From NCBI RefSeq assembly GCF_009914755.1, contig NC_060926.1: a DNA stretch of 64,000 bases; one strand, written 5' to 3'. Below are positions 49,852-63,800 of this stretch, one piece after another (the first letter of the stretch is position 1; each line of letters opens with the position of its first letter). A program made the translations under genes and the position numbers. The notes below the pieces were generated by a model, which saw only the letters and a program-made list of their open reading frames with translations, had not been told where the DNA came from and made no database searches. The stretch is from the human T2T-CHM13v2.0 reference genome, Homo sapiens.

Positions 49852-51549
49852 AAAAGAGGAGTGACAGAGGTCCTGACTTTCTCCACATTTCCATCTCTGT
49901 TTTTTAAAAAGTGATCCCGCATGTTTAAGTTTTCCTTGGATCAATGTGAGCATCTAAAACCTAATTCTTTCAAGGCTGAACATGAATGTGTGCTGATGAC
50001 TGTGTTCCATTGCCCAAGTGCCCTTCTCAACCCAGGTTAGGGAAATAGAAGGGATGGAACGACTGGTTCATCCTGATGGGCATGAGGTTTTAGTGCCACC
50101 TGGCACCTGAAATGGGTGTGTGTGACAGAAACAATGACAGTCTCATGGGAAATGGGGTCTGACTAGATTTCCTCACTGCACTGGTTCTTCACTCCAGTTG
50201 TTAAGCCTTGATTGGCTTCCAGTGCCACTTACACTGTGTACATGAATCTGATTAGGTATTTCTATCACTTGCTCCTTGGAGTAGCAAAATCAATCTTTTT
50301 TTTGCTATGCATAGAACGCATATATTTACTAGTGTACTTTTAGTTATGTTCATTAATGAAAATAAGTTATTGCTAATTACTGCTATTTTAATGTATTTTA
50401 TAATCTCATACTTTTGCACAAAACATTTACTTTGGTGAATTCTCATGAAGTCCAGATGACACTTTTAGTGGCTTTCTTGTTACTGTGACCTTTTCACACT
50501 GAATCAGTGTCATTTATAACAATGTCCACCTAAAGTTTTCTACTTTAGATGTTGCTGGTCTCATATTTATTATAAGGTACTATGCAGGTTCATTAGAAAA
50601 ATTCCTAGAAAATGTTATAGCTAGAACATAATATATCTGAGATTGCAACTTTTGCAAACAATATGCCTATAATGTGCATATTTGTTTGGGTATAAGATAT
50701 TTGAAAAAAGTCATCATGTTTAGGATCTATATTTCAGATTTTTTATACTTAGCCTCCTACAATCAGATTTCCTTAAATTCATAGTGTATCAACCAAATAA
50801 CAAGATGTCTTTGACTTTTTAAAGATATATCTAGCTACTCTGTCATCCTAACCTTATAATATGGTAATATACAGACCTTATATTTGAAAATATAAGCTTT
50901 TCTTTCATTATGCCAAGATCAAGTGTCAAGATCATCTATTTAGTTTTGAGAATACATACATTGCACCAGACGATCAAGCTGAATATGCCAAGTTAGCAAT
51001 AAAAAACAAGTTTATGGGAATAATCTTTTCTTGGTTGCTTTGATTTTAAGAAATGGCAAAAATAGAATGAAATGTTTTGCTTGTATAAGATGAAATGTTT
51101 CTTTAAGTTTTGGGAATAATAAAGTTTTGAAAGACAACTAGCTAAAGAAAAATTGAGCATGTATTTATTAATGTTTTGTAATCGATTGGGTCAAAGCAGT
51201 GTGTAGGGTCTGATTATCTCTCTAGTTTCTGATATATATGTAGGCTAGAGTGAAATAAAATATAATGATTACCAAGCTGTTGAAGGAGTGTTCTCACCAG
51301 CAGGTTATGAGAAATTTTTTTATTTTCTTTTTCTCTTTTTTGTTTATCTAGCACCCAGCCCTGTACATAACCCAAAGTAGTGATCTGTTTTGAATAAATG
51401 TTATTTACTGACTGACATGCAGAAGAGTATCCTCTCTCTCATCTTCTCGACTAGATTTGAACCTCCTTTAAAGTAGAAAACATTTAACAATGAGAATTTC
51501 ATTCTCACGGTCCCTAATTTTATCTCCCGTAGTCCCAGCATAATATTGT

Positions 51550-51721
51550 AAATATGTAAATAAACATACATTAAGTATCACTTAATATGTAAATAAACAT
51601 TTAAAATATGTTTAAAATATTTAAAATATGTAAAAAATAAAATATGTAAATAAACATACATTAAGTATCACTTAATGATAATGGTAAGTTAAGTATACAT
51701 TAAGTGATACTTAATGTATAC
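51550..51721. repeat. AT-rich compound direct and inverted repeat
   Basis: 37-bp direct repeat at 51550-51586 and 51640-51676; perfect 13-bp-arm palindrome at 51693-51721. Confidence 0.88.
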
Positions 51722-54700
51722 TGATTAATGGAACATGTTGCAAAATAATTGACATTACTCGGCCAATCTTGTTCGCTAAGTAAAGAAAATAGTGCTTGTT
51801 TACATTATCTTTAACAGCACTCTTAAAGATTTTAGCTAGAAGTTTGGGATAAATTTGACACATTATGAAATTGTTAATATGCAATAAAGGTATATAAATT
51901 TGAATTCATAAAACTAATGATGATTGAAAATTTAGACAGGGTGCCAACATTGTGGAGAAATCATCTGAAAAAAAAGGCAAGAGAAACTGGAGTGCAATTT
52001 ATAGCGGAACTCCCAAGGGTGATAGATGTGGGGAGAAACAAGATGAAACAGAGTAATCATACTGCATAAACCTTTTAGTACTCACTAGTCAAAAAATAGC
52101 GAATAAAACAGATTTAGAGAACTATCTGTTTCAACCTTTTTAAATCACATTTTTTGCGACGTATACACTTGACTAGATTTATCCAGAATTGCTTGCAACA
52201 TAACATGACAATTATATTTTTAGGTGTTTACTTTATTTGTGTACCTTCACTAGATTAATCTTCATAATGGTAAATCATGGCTATTAGGCAGATCTATGTA
52301 CCTACTGTACCTAGCAAAGTGCTTGGCACATATTGTATGAACATGTTTATTCATATTTTTACATTTCTGAAAATGCTTCTCACAACTGATGGGCACATTT
52401 CACATATAGTTTCCCCCCTAAAAAGCTAGATTGTTTGACATCTTAGATTAAAATAAATATAATAGTAGGCACTCAATAAATTATTTATTCAATAAATAAA
52501 CTTTTAGCAACTCCTCACCTCATTCTTGATTCTTGATCCAAACACTTGCTATCCTTGTTTTCTGTTCCTGCTTTTAAAGTAAATTATTTTAATGATAAAG
52601 TCTCGTTTCCAGTAGCAGTAGTATCCAGTATAATAGTTCATTATTTACCTCTTTCATTCTCACTGTCCCTAATGAATTATGAGCCTTTTTGAACAGAATT
52701 TGTGTTTATCTTTCTACCTACAGAGAGCTAAGGGATTGGCAGATAGTAGTAAAGCTTTATTAAGTGTCTTTCAACTATGTTACTCTTCGTATCTACTTTC
52801 AGATCTTAAATGGAATTATCTTTCACACTTTCTTGTCAAATAGGTATAAAAAGGCAGCTATTTACATAAGAACTCAATATCAGAGGGCGAGTGCTAAGCA
52901 GGTAACAGTGGTTTCTTGGTTTCTTCCTTTAAAGAAGTTTAAATAGTTATGTGGCTATGTTTTGGTGAGATGTGATGAGTGTTCTCAAGGAGTTCACAAT
53001 CTTTGAAGTGCTGACCCCATTTCTGTTTGCTTCCTGAACTGACCTAGATTCAAGGATATATTCTGAAATATTTTAAGTGGAATATAGTAATGTTTTAACT
53101 TATATTAAAATACCTCACCACAGACACTGTGGTAATATGTGTATGTTAGGTCAAGTTACAACCATGGGCAGCTAGTATTCTGATCAGGAGTCCTAGCTCT
53201 AGGAGTGGTCAGCTAGCATTAAAGTAGAGAGACTACACTCCAGAAAAGGCTACTACAAACCCTGAGACTATTAGCCATGTCTCAGTCAACACTGATGCTT
53301 TGCTGAATGTCAGAAATGGATTTTCATGGGCAATATCACTGACTTGTTAATCAGTGTACTGAAATGCATTGGTAAAATTAAATGTACTCAGGATATGTGG
53401 ATTGACTGTGGCCTCTCTAGTTTTGCCAGAAGAGGATATAAGAATCTAGAAAGTGAATCACATAGTCTCAAGTCCTAGAGATATTCTAAGGCTTAATTCA
53501 TAACTGATCCTATGTCCAGCTATTTTTGGTGCCTGATGTCGCTAAAACGATACCAGAATCCTGCTTATGGAATACTGTCACATCATCCTTGAGTAAATCT
53601 TTCATGCAAGATGAAGTCAAAGTATCAAAAACAGGAGAGCTGGAACTTCAGTGAGCTAATGAAACAGATTATAGGAAGTGCTTTGCCCATATTTCCCAAT
53701 AAATGTTTACTATATATGTATGTCTATGTAACTGAAAAAATAGTATACCTCATCTTTGCCTTTCTGAGACACACTGGAGTATAATTTACCTGTAGTCTGT
53801 GACATCATCCAGCTTCTTAATATTTCTTCCAAGTTCTAGAACTTTAAAATGTCTTTAAAGCACTGTTTCTCAACCACTAATACACATACCATCATTGAAA
53901 AGCAGTAGTTTAAAGAGTTTAAAGAGTTGTTTTTCATAATAAAAAGTTCTTCCAAAAATTTACTGGCTTTTTATATCCTTAATAACCATTCTAAATGAAA
54001 AATATAATAAATAATAAAGCCACTTGACAGAATAGACAGAAATACAATAGCTATAAAAAATTGTGAACCTTTGCTCTTATAACTATGTTGCAATTTCAGT
54101 TTCTAAAACATCAGTTAAAATTAGTTCATACTTCACCAAAGTTTTAATTCCAGAGAAAGTAGCACGTTGTCTTTTCAAAGTCCCTCTGAATATTTCTCTT
54201 TACATTTACTAAAATCTTCTGGAGCAGATAAGATCTATTTTATAGAACAAGTTATGACTTCTGACCTACCAGTAACCAAATGAATTATAGTGAAGAGTAG
54301 AACCCTTTTTTGTCTTCAATGTAATGCTTTTTCGAAGTAGATGGTGTGATCTCTTTCTTCCACTCAACTTCTTCTCACCTGTTGGTCATATTGTTATGGG
54401 ATCTTTATGAGATTAATGTAATGCTGGCCTTGACACTTTGTATATGATTTGATAATTTTACATAGGATATCTGCCACTTCTATTGGATAATTTTCATTAA
54501 ATTATTCTTGTTCATGTAAAATGTTGATACATTAGTCATTCATTCATCTCTACTCTGCTGGATGATGTAAGTGTCATTGCTACATACTTTATAGCATTAG
54601 TCATGCTAAATGAATGCTTAGAGACATTGCTAATGGAAGTGGAAGAAACATTTCCCTTTAACTATATAAATTAATATGTTAATCACCCTGAACACTATTC

Positions 54701-55326
54701 TTACTAAGTATGTATAGACCTAGCCAAATTTGGTCAGCTCAGCACATTTTTCTACTTATATGTGCAATCTTGATAATACAAGGTGTTCAGCTTATGCATT
54801 TTACATTTATTATTTAACATACTGGAAAATATCAAGTGAAGAAGTATAAATACAACTCTGAAAAAGAAAAGTTTAATTTATGAAAACATTCTGTGCTCAT
54901 AGCTCTCAGTTTTAGGCAAGACAGTTTTTATATAACCCCCACCCCACCAAAAAAACTATCATTATTAATTCTCTCTCTACAAGACTGTTTAAATATTATG
55001 AGAAGGGTCACGAAACATGTTCTGTAAAGAAACACTCATGGCCAGGCTCAAAGAGGTTTGTGTACAGGCCAGTCCTTCTGCTTCAACTCCCCCTACTATA
55101 ATATATCACTTCTCTCTTCATTACAAATGTAACTGGTATCTTCATGGTCTATAAAACTTGTTCTAAAGATGATCAATAGGAGGCTAATTTTATCTCTTCC
55201 CCAAATTTTGCATTTTGATATCTAAATGAATGAAGTACTCATGGAAGATTTTTTTTTTTATTATAAAAGCAGATTTTGGGGAGCTAGCAGGAATATTTCT
55301 CCTCACTCTGAAATGATATGACTCAA

Positions 55327-56779
55327 TGTTATAGGCTGAATTGTGCCCCTCCCAAATTTCTCTGTTGAGGCTCTAACCCTCAGTACCTCAGAATGTGACT
55401 GTATTTGGAGACAGGACTTTTTAAAAAATGATTAAGATTAAATGAAGTCATATCGATAGTAACAGGAGTCAGAGAAATTCTAGGCAGACAGGGGTGAGTC
55501 CCTGGCAAAACCCCACTTTCGAGCCAAAAAGCCTGAAACCCGCAGCCCAAAGTGGTAACTTCCATCCCTGTGTGCCTGTTCTCTTCCGATTGGTTCTTTC
55601 TGAATAATATCTTTTTTACCAATCAAATGTTGCCTTTTCCAAAACTACCTAAGGCCCACCCAACACCTTATCCTGTGCCTATAAAGACCCCAGACTCAGC
55701 CAGTAGAGAGGAGAAGCAGCTAGACGTCAGGGAGAGGCAACTTGACTTCAGAGATGGTGGCTGGACATTGGAAAGAGGCAACTTGACTTCAGAAGAGAGA
55801 GGCAGAGAAGCAGCTTGACTTCAGGGGAGAGCAACCTGCCCTTCCTGTCCCCTTTCCATCTCCCCGTCCGCTAAGAGCTGCTTTCATTGCTCAATAAAAT
55901 TCTTTGCATTCACCATCCTTCAATTTGTCCATGTGACCTCATTCCTCTTGGGCACTGGAAAAGAATTCACAACATGCCAAGTGAATTACATGACTTGAGT
56001 TTTGAATGAAACTTTTCAAAACTTTTGTGCCTGATAACTCAAAATTTTGGTACTCAAACAGGCCATCACACTGGCCCATTGCTCTCACTGATGGTGAGCA
56101 GCTTCCCCATACGATGAGGCAAAGGACCTAGCTGATAACACACTGCTGTCTGTGGATGGTGGAGATAAGAGAGCATTGTAACATGCCCTCTGGGTCCTTG
56201 GGGTCACAGGCACCCCCACCTGGACACTGCCACAGAGCCTACACAGAGTTTCCTCTTGCAGGCTCTAAAGCAACCAGCCAGTTCCTGCACTTGCTTGTTC
56301 TGGTTCCCACACTCATTCACTCATGCACTCCCTCCTGCAAGGGTTGAGCAGGGTGGGCTGAGTAAATGGGGCACCTTGTCACAAGTCCTGTGAAGGGAGA
56401 AAGAAAATATCCTGCTTCAATATGGGAGAGAGGGGTCCTAATCTAATCTTTTTGGTGTCAGTATAAGAGGAGAAAATTTGGACACACAAAGAGACACTAG
56501 GAATGTACATTTAATTATAGTTGACCTAAGTGCTATCATATAAAGGTATATGATGCCAAGAGAGTGAGAAATATTTCCAAACTTATAGAAGAGACCATGT
56601 GAGGACACAGCAAGGGAGTGGCCATCTGTAAGCTAAGAAGAGAGGACTCAGAGGAGACCAACCCTGTTGGCACCTTGATCTTGGACTTCCAGTTTCCAGA
56701 ACTGTGAGAAAATAAATTTCAGTTTTTAAGCCAGCCAGTCTGTGGTATCTTGTTGTGGCAGGCATAGCAAACTAATACA
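55327..56779 (+). mobile_element. MaLR solo LTR (MLT1A/B-like) split by an ERV1 LTR
   Basis: 5' part tgttataggctgaattgtg...cagaatgtgactgtatttggag at 55327-55453; 3' part ...gaactgtgagaaaataaatttc...aactaataca at 56420-56779. Confidence 0.82.
55454..56419 (+). mobile_element. ERV1 solo LTR (LTR27/LTR28-like) with 4-bp TSD
   Basis: CG(TG)...CA ends; TSD atat at 55450-55453 and 56420-56423; CCAAT boxes near 55589 and 55619; TATAAA at 55680; AATAAA at 55893. Confidence 0.85.
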
Positions 56780-56859
56780 TTGAATAAATGTTTGTATTTT
56801 AGTCCATTTATGTTTGAAGTTATGGGCAAACTCTTGCAACTCTTTCCCCCTCAGTAAAT

Positions 56860-58486
56860 GACAATCCCATCCTTTCAGCTGCTCAGACTAAAAAATCATG
56901 GATTTATTCTTGTCTATTCCCTTTTTCACACATCCAGATTTCCTAGCAAATTCTCTATATAGAATACAAACACTTATCTTCACTCTCTCTACCTCTGTAA
57001 ACTCTTGTCTAGATTATTGCAATTGCCTTCTAGCTGGTGTCTTTAATTTTATGCGTACTCTTCCACAGACTGTTCTCTATGAAGCAGCAAGAATTATTCC
57101 TTCAAAACTCAAGTCAGGTCATGTCACTCTGCTTCTCAAAGCCCACTGATGGCTTTGTGCCAAAGCCAAAGGGCTTCTGTGACCTTTAAGGTATGGCTTC
57201 ATCTGTTCCCCAGTGCCTCTCTTCTCTCTCCTCCTGCTACTTTGCCCTTCTGCTCCAGCCACACCAATATGATTTCCTGGCCCTTCTGTAAACACATTTG
57301 GCATGTTTCTGCCTCTAGCCCTTCACACTGTCTTTTTAAAAATATTTTTTGGCTTGGAATGTTTCTGCCAGATACTTATGTGGCTTCTTTCACTTCCTTC
57401 AAAATCACCTACTCGAGAACTTTCTGTGAAATGTTCAACTCCCTTCTCTCTGTCTCGCCTACCGTATATAATTTACTTATCTTTTTAAAGTAAAAATTAT
57501 TGAAGGATCATTTATATACAATAAAATTTACCACTTTGAAGTATGCCCTTAAGTGAGTTTTGGCAAATAAATACTACCATAATCAATGTATAGTACATTT
57601 CCCAAAAATGTTTCCTTGTGCTCCTTTGCAGTCAATCTTTCATCCCCACCTCCTGGCAACCACTGATATGACTTACATTTCTAAAGTTTTGCCTTTCCTA
57701 GAATTTTACATAAATGGAACCACAGAGTATGCCTGCCTTCTTTCACTTACCATAATGCTTTTGAGATTCACTGATTTTGTTGCATGTATCAATTTATTCC
57801 TTTTTCTTGCCAGGTAGTGTTCTACTATATGGATGTTCCACAATTCATTTGTCCAATCACAAATGAACGGACATCTGGGTTACTTCTGGCTTGGGGCTAT
57901 CTTGCTTCACATGCAGGTCTTTATTTGGACTGTTTTAACTTTCTCTGATAGTTAGATAGTGTAGATAGTGTAGATAGTTAGTGTGGATAGTTAGATAGTG
58001 TAGATAGTTAGATAGTTGTAGATACCTAGAAACAAGATTGCTAGGTTACATAAAAAGTGTATGTTTAACTTTATAGGAAACTGCCTTGAACCCCTGAGGT
58101 GGAGGCTGCAGTGAGCTGTGATTGCATGCACCACTGCACTCCAGCCTGGACAAAAGAGGGAGACCCTGTCTAAAAAAAAAAAAAAAAGAAAGAAAGAGAA
58201 AAGAAAAAGAAACTGCCAATGTGCTTGTAGCATTTTGTATTCTTAACATCAGTATATGAAATCATATTCCAATTATTCTGCATCCTCACTGTCACAAACT
58301 ATTGTGCTGGTGTGTAGCGGTATTTTTATTTATCAATCTAATTTATTATCTCTCTCCTCTCTAGAGTGAAGGGATCATTAGGGTAGGGAATTTAGCCTGT
58401 TTTCATTACTGCTTTCACAGTGCCCAGATCAATTCCTGGCACAAAGTAGGTGTTCAATAAATATTTGTTAAACAAATGAATGAATT
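56860..58486 (+). mobile_element. L2 3' end interrupted by an old antisense L1M fragment (about 57480-58320), which contains an Alu 3' fragment (58086-58207)
   Basis: L2 hallmarks tctagattattgcaat and cctggcacaaagtaggtgttcaataaatatttg...aatgaatgaa; L1M 3'UTR-like ggcaaccactgat...ccttt..agaatttt; Alu fragment flanked by gaaactgcc. Confidence 0.7.
57947..58024. repeat. Compound minisatellite of TAGATAGT(G) units
   Basis: gatagttagatagtgtagatagtgtagatagttagtgtggatagttagatagtgtagatagttagatagttgtagata. Confidence 0.9.
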
Positions 58487-58676
58487 TTGAATGATTATCT
58501 CCTCTACTCAGAGCTAAAAATCGAACTGAGACTCAGAAAGCTTTATTGCTTGCCCAAGTGAAAGAGCTAAGGTAAACCCCAAGACATCTAATGCTTTGTC
58601 GAACACTCAACACTGCACTGCGTTGTGGGTCACTGGTTTGTACAAATTCATTTTATGATTAATACTTAGATTATAG

Positions 58677-59050
<374 letters not shown>

Positions 59051-59309
59051 TAGAAGTTTTAAATTTCAAATAGGAAATAAAAATATAAGAATAGAGGGAT
59101 TTAAAACATAATTAAAATAATATTATGTGTATGAGGTTACATAGTGTCTTATTTTAGAGCTAATTAGCACATAATAGTGCTTATTTTGATTATAAAAATT
59201 CACCACTTATGGGTATGTGACAAGGAGGGCAAAATACCTTGGCTGGAGATGAGTTTTTCTGCATCACATTGAAGCCTACTTCACCTTGTTCCTTTAAGAA
59301 ACTTGGTAA

Positions 59310-60883
59310 TGATGGCAGCAGTGGCCCATCTGAAGTGGCTGCTGCAAAGATGCCAGCTGCAGTAGGGAGGCGCCTACTTGCTGCAAAGATGCCAGCTGCA
59401 GTAGGGGAGCTGCAGTAGGGGAGCTGCATGCTCTGTGGAGCAGGCAGGACCCAGGAAAAGGTGGAAGCCCCGCGCCTTCTGAGTTGGTGGGGTGGGAGCC
59501 CTGCGCTCCCTGGTGCAACTGCAGCTGCCCAGCCATTGCTGTAGACCCAGGCATCCCTGTGCTCTCAGGGCCTGGAAAGCCCCCTCCCCCCATAGGTTTG
59601 GAAGCACTTGCTCCTGCTGTCTGGCCTCTCCTCCCTCTGGGTGCCTCCTCTGATTTTGGAGCAAAGTTGTGGCCAAGCCTGGGTGCTCTTGCAACCTGGC
59701 CAGGTGTGCACACACTTGGGGTAGTAATGACACACCAGCCCCCTGCCATCTCAGCCCTCTCTGGACTTTGTGCACTGACAAGCATGAGATGGAGGCCAAG
59801 GTGGGGCTGAAGGTGGCTTGGTGCAGGCCTGCTGGCACCCCTTAGCACGAACAGCCTGGGCACAATGAATGGCAGAAGGAGGCAGACAGGCTCCTGGGCA
59901 CAAAGGGGGCTGGTCCCCAGTGAAACCTCACCTTCAAGCCAGGGACAGCCTGAAGCCTGGGGGCCAGGCTGCCAGTTCTGCAGACTGGAGTGAGAAATAT
60001 GGCACTTTTGCTGCTCACCCATGGCCACCCATGGACCAATCAGCACACACTTCTTCCCCTCTGGAGCCCATAAAAACCCCAGACTCAGCCAGAATCAGGC
60101 AGATGATGGGACCACCTGCCTGCAGAAAGCAGCTACCCTCACTGGTCTCTTCTTAGCTGAGAGCTGCACACTTGATGGGATGACTTGCCTGTGGGTAGGA
60201 GCTACCCACTTTGGGCCTCCTGAGAACTATACTGTCACTCAATAAAGCCCCTCTTCATCTTGTTCACCCTCTAGTTGTCTGCATATCCCATTCTTCCTGG
60301 ATGTAGGACAAGAACTTGGGACTCACGAAGTGGTGGCACTGAAAGAACTGTAACACAAACAAGGCTGAAACACACCCCTGGCTCACCATGTTGCAGGTGA
60401 GGAGGAGAGAAGACAGAAAGAGGGAAGAGCTGCAGCCCTTCAGGAAGTCCAGACCTAGGAGTTCTCTGAGGCATGGCTGTGACACCCTCTTTGGGGCTCT
60501 GCAGTTCCTGGTGTCTCCAAGCTTCTGGGTGCCACCACGTTCCCCAGAGCCTGCAGTGTAAGTGGCTTGCAGTATGCCTGGTCCAGCCACAGCCTTGCAC
60601 AGAGCTGGTTCCTGTGCCAGTGTCTGGAACTGCCTGCCCCACCACAGCAGCCAGCATGCCTGACTGTGCACAGTGGCCAGACCATATGCTTGCTCACTTA
60701 TGCACCCCTCACCTCTGTGCCTTTGGCAGGCCTGGGATCCAGGCTGGTAGCACGAGCTGAGCACAACCTGCCAGGCCTAGTGGGCAGAATGAGCCCAGAG
60801 GGCCCAAGCAAAACTCAGGCAAAGGCACCACTGGCCACAAAGGCTTCTGGCTGGAAGAATGACACCCCGGGGACCTCATGACA
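59310..60883 (+). mobile_element. ERV1 solo LTR, MER52-like, 1574 bp, with 4-bp TSD
   Basis: TG...CA ends; TSD gtaa at 59306-59309 and 60884-60887; GC-rich U3; ccaatc box; cataaaaaccccagactcagcc at 60069; AATAAA at 60241. Confidence 0.88.
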
Positions 60884-63800
60884 GTAATAACTTGGCTTAA
60901 AAGGCTGGGATAGGGATCTATGACATTAACCCAATTAGTGGCCTTGGGTAAGTCCCTAAGAACAACCTCTAGAGACAATGTCTTAACTCAAGAAAAAAAA
61001 AGTAGGAAGAATATGGAAAATACATAGGGAATAAGAAGTCTGGAAGTATTGTATTAATACCAAACTTATAGTACTTAAAGGACAAAATAAAGGGTTGCAA
61101 AAGAGTTCACCTTGTTGGTGAAGGAAACCTTGTACTTTTTATTCTCTGCATATTTTGAATTGTTCAACTTGCACTGTATGCCTGCATTATTTTGTAATTT
61201 CTTTCTAAAGATGAATTTTGTGTTGGGAAATTCAAGTCCTGTGACAAACCATAGTATGAGCTAATCTGGGGGAGGTGGTGCTCTTCAAATTAGTTTCCAT
61301 GTAACAAAATTTATTTTCAAATTCAGGAAAAGAGCAACCTACAAAACTCAGGAGTAAAATGGGCAAAATGTTCAAGGAATAATAAGTAGGTTTACTGTTC
61401 TGTTCATACATGTGCTTACTCATTCACTCACTTAGCTCATTCCTTCAACATCCATTGATCTTCCTTGTGTATGTCAGTGCTGATGGTATAAAATGAATAC
61501 AATATGGTCCCTACTCTGAAAGACCTTAGTGATTATCAGACAGTGTCTGGAGATGTCCTTTGGACATGATATCCACTCAAATAGTATTTGTTGAATTAAT
61601 AAATGAGGAGAGAGGCTAGAGGATACACAGTTAAATAATTGCAATGTGATATAACAAGCACTATACAAGGTGTCTGTATAATGGCCTAAGAGAAGAAGTA
61701 ACAGAGTGCCCTGGAGAGCTCAGAAGCATTCATAGAAAAAGGAAACCTGAACTTATCTCTCCATTTCTGTTGTACCTGCCACATGAGTTTATTGTATGTG
61801 GCATACCTATGTTTCTTTCTCTCTCTCTCTTCATTGTACCTGTGAATTCCCACATGCAGATCATCACTAGATCTGAGAGTAGTTACGCAGAGTAGAATGG
61901 ACCTCTGGGGACCAATTGGCAGAGAGCCTTAAAAGTTCTAATAAGTTTTATCTGGTACAAAGGCCATCATGGATCATGACAAGGCTCTGGGAAGAATTAT
62001 GTGACAATAGGTTAGAAGGTGATCACAGGAAGCAGAGCAAGGAGCAATACCCTAGGCATAGAATGTTTAAGTCCTGACTACTGGCTGAGACAATGGTAAT
62101 GGGAAGAAAGCAAAAAAACTAAAAATGGAAAAAATGAAAAACAAAAATTATCCAGGATTGATTCACTTGTTCAACAAGTAATTGTGGAACAGTGTCTAAT
62201 TTCTAGGAGCTATTATGAAAACTTTGCCTATATGACTTCATTTGAACCTCACAAGAACCTTGTGGGACAAGTATTATCCCTGCTTTACAAACAATCAATC
62301 TGAGGCTCCAACAGGTTAAATAATCTTCTCAATATCACATATACAATAAACGGTAAATGGGGGTAAACCCAGGACCATTTTGTCTTAAAGCTCATAAACT
62401 TTCTGACATATTAAAGTAAAAATAATAGCAAATGATTGCGATGATTATAACTCCTTAAAGGTAGGGACTACGATATATGTCTATGTATCTCCAGTAGGAC
62501 TTAGCACAGTAATCTGTATAAAATAATTTCAAATTGTTAAATCAGTCAGTTGTCATAAGGCTGCCTGCTATGGGCCAGGTGCTTGCTTAAAAAAAATGAA
62601 TGCATAGACAGGATTCCTTCATGGAACTTATAGTCTGTTGAAAGAATCAGACATTAAATATTACACAAAATTACATTATACAAATGACGTAAGTGCTATC
62701 ATATAAAAGTATAGGATGCCAAGACAGTGAGAAATATTTCCAAACTTATATATTTAGAGGCTAAGGAGAGGATATGTCTATTTGAATGAAGATAAATTTG
62801 AGATGAGAAAAAGTTTAAGAATTTAATGGAGAGAGTATTTAAATTTTTAGTGTTAGCTAATTGTGGTGGTGTTTTACAAAGCTACGATGCATATTTTTGA
62901 AAAGCTATTTTCCTCATAATATATTATGGTTATATACTTAGTGATATCTTAGAAAAGTATAAGTACTAAGCAAACCTCTTCAAATAATAAGCTCAAAATA
63001 TGGAAATAGGTGTATTCATAAAAGGATTGTCTCTATATTATTTAAATAGTCATCTTAATAGTAACAATTTAATTAAATGATTAATAATCCAAGAATAAGT
63101 TATGTTGTATCCCTTACAAATAATGGTTCTGAAGGGTAATGTAGCAATAGGAAAATGCTTGCATTCTAGTGCTATGTAAAAAAGGAATAAAAATATTGTA
63201 TGCTCATAAAAACATGTTGAAAATATACATAAGAACTACTGAAAGAAGTATACCAAAAATTTGTAGCAATTATGGTAGAAAGACTATGAGAGATACCTTT
63301 TTCTTTTTTTATTTTGTAAATATTCTGTAGTGTGATTTTATTATCATTGCAATTAAAAATACTTTCTGAAATAGAAAAAGAATAATCATAAAAACACATT
63401 TGGCTTCTATGGATAGATCCTGATTTTCTGATTGTATGTTTTGTATTAATACCTGACTTGGTACATAGCACTCTGGGAGATAATCAAGTCAATAAAAAGA
63501 CCTGAAAAATAAATGAATCACAAACCATAACTGTTTAGTGCACACAGGAAGGTACTATTAATAACTACAAAGGCAAAAGGAGAGCATCTGCAACCCAAGG
63601 ACTAAAATTAGTAATAATGTTGAAGGGAGTTCTACCAAATTATGTTTTCCAGAAGACAGCCGCAGGCTCTTCTTGTGTAAGGAAGACAGATCACCTCCAT
63701 TAGCCTTGAAACAAAAGCAAAGACTTCTGGATGAGGGCATTTAATTATAATGTTTATGTAATCACTCTGTAGCCATTTATATAAACAAGATCGCTTAGAG

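Noticed and set aside
59294-60978. Cluster of long overlapping ORFs (up to 250 aa) on both strands
   Set aside because: They lie essentially within the GC-rich MER52-like LTR, where stop codons are rare, and have no recognisable domain.
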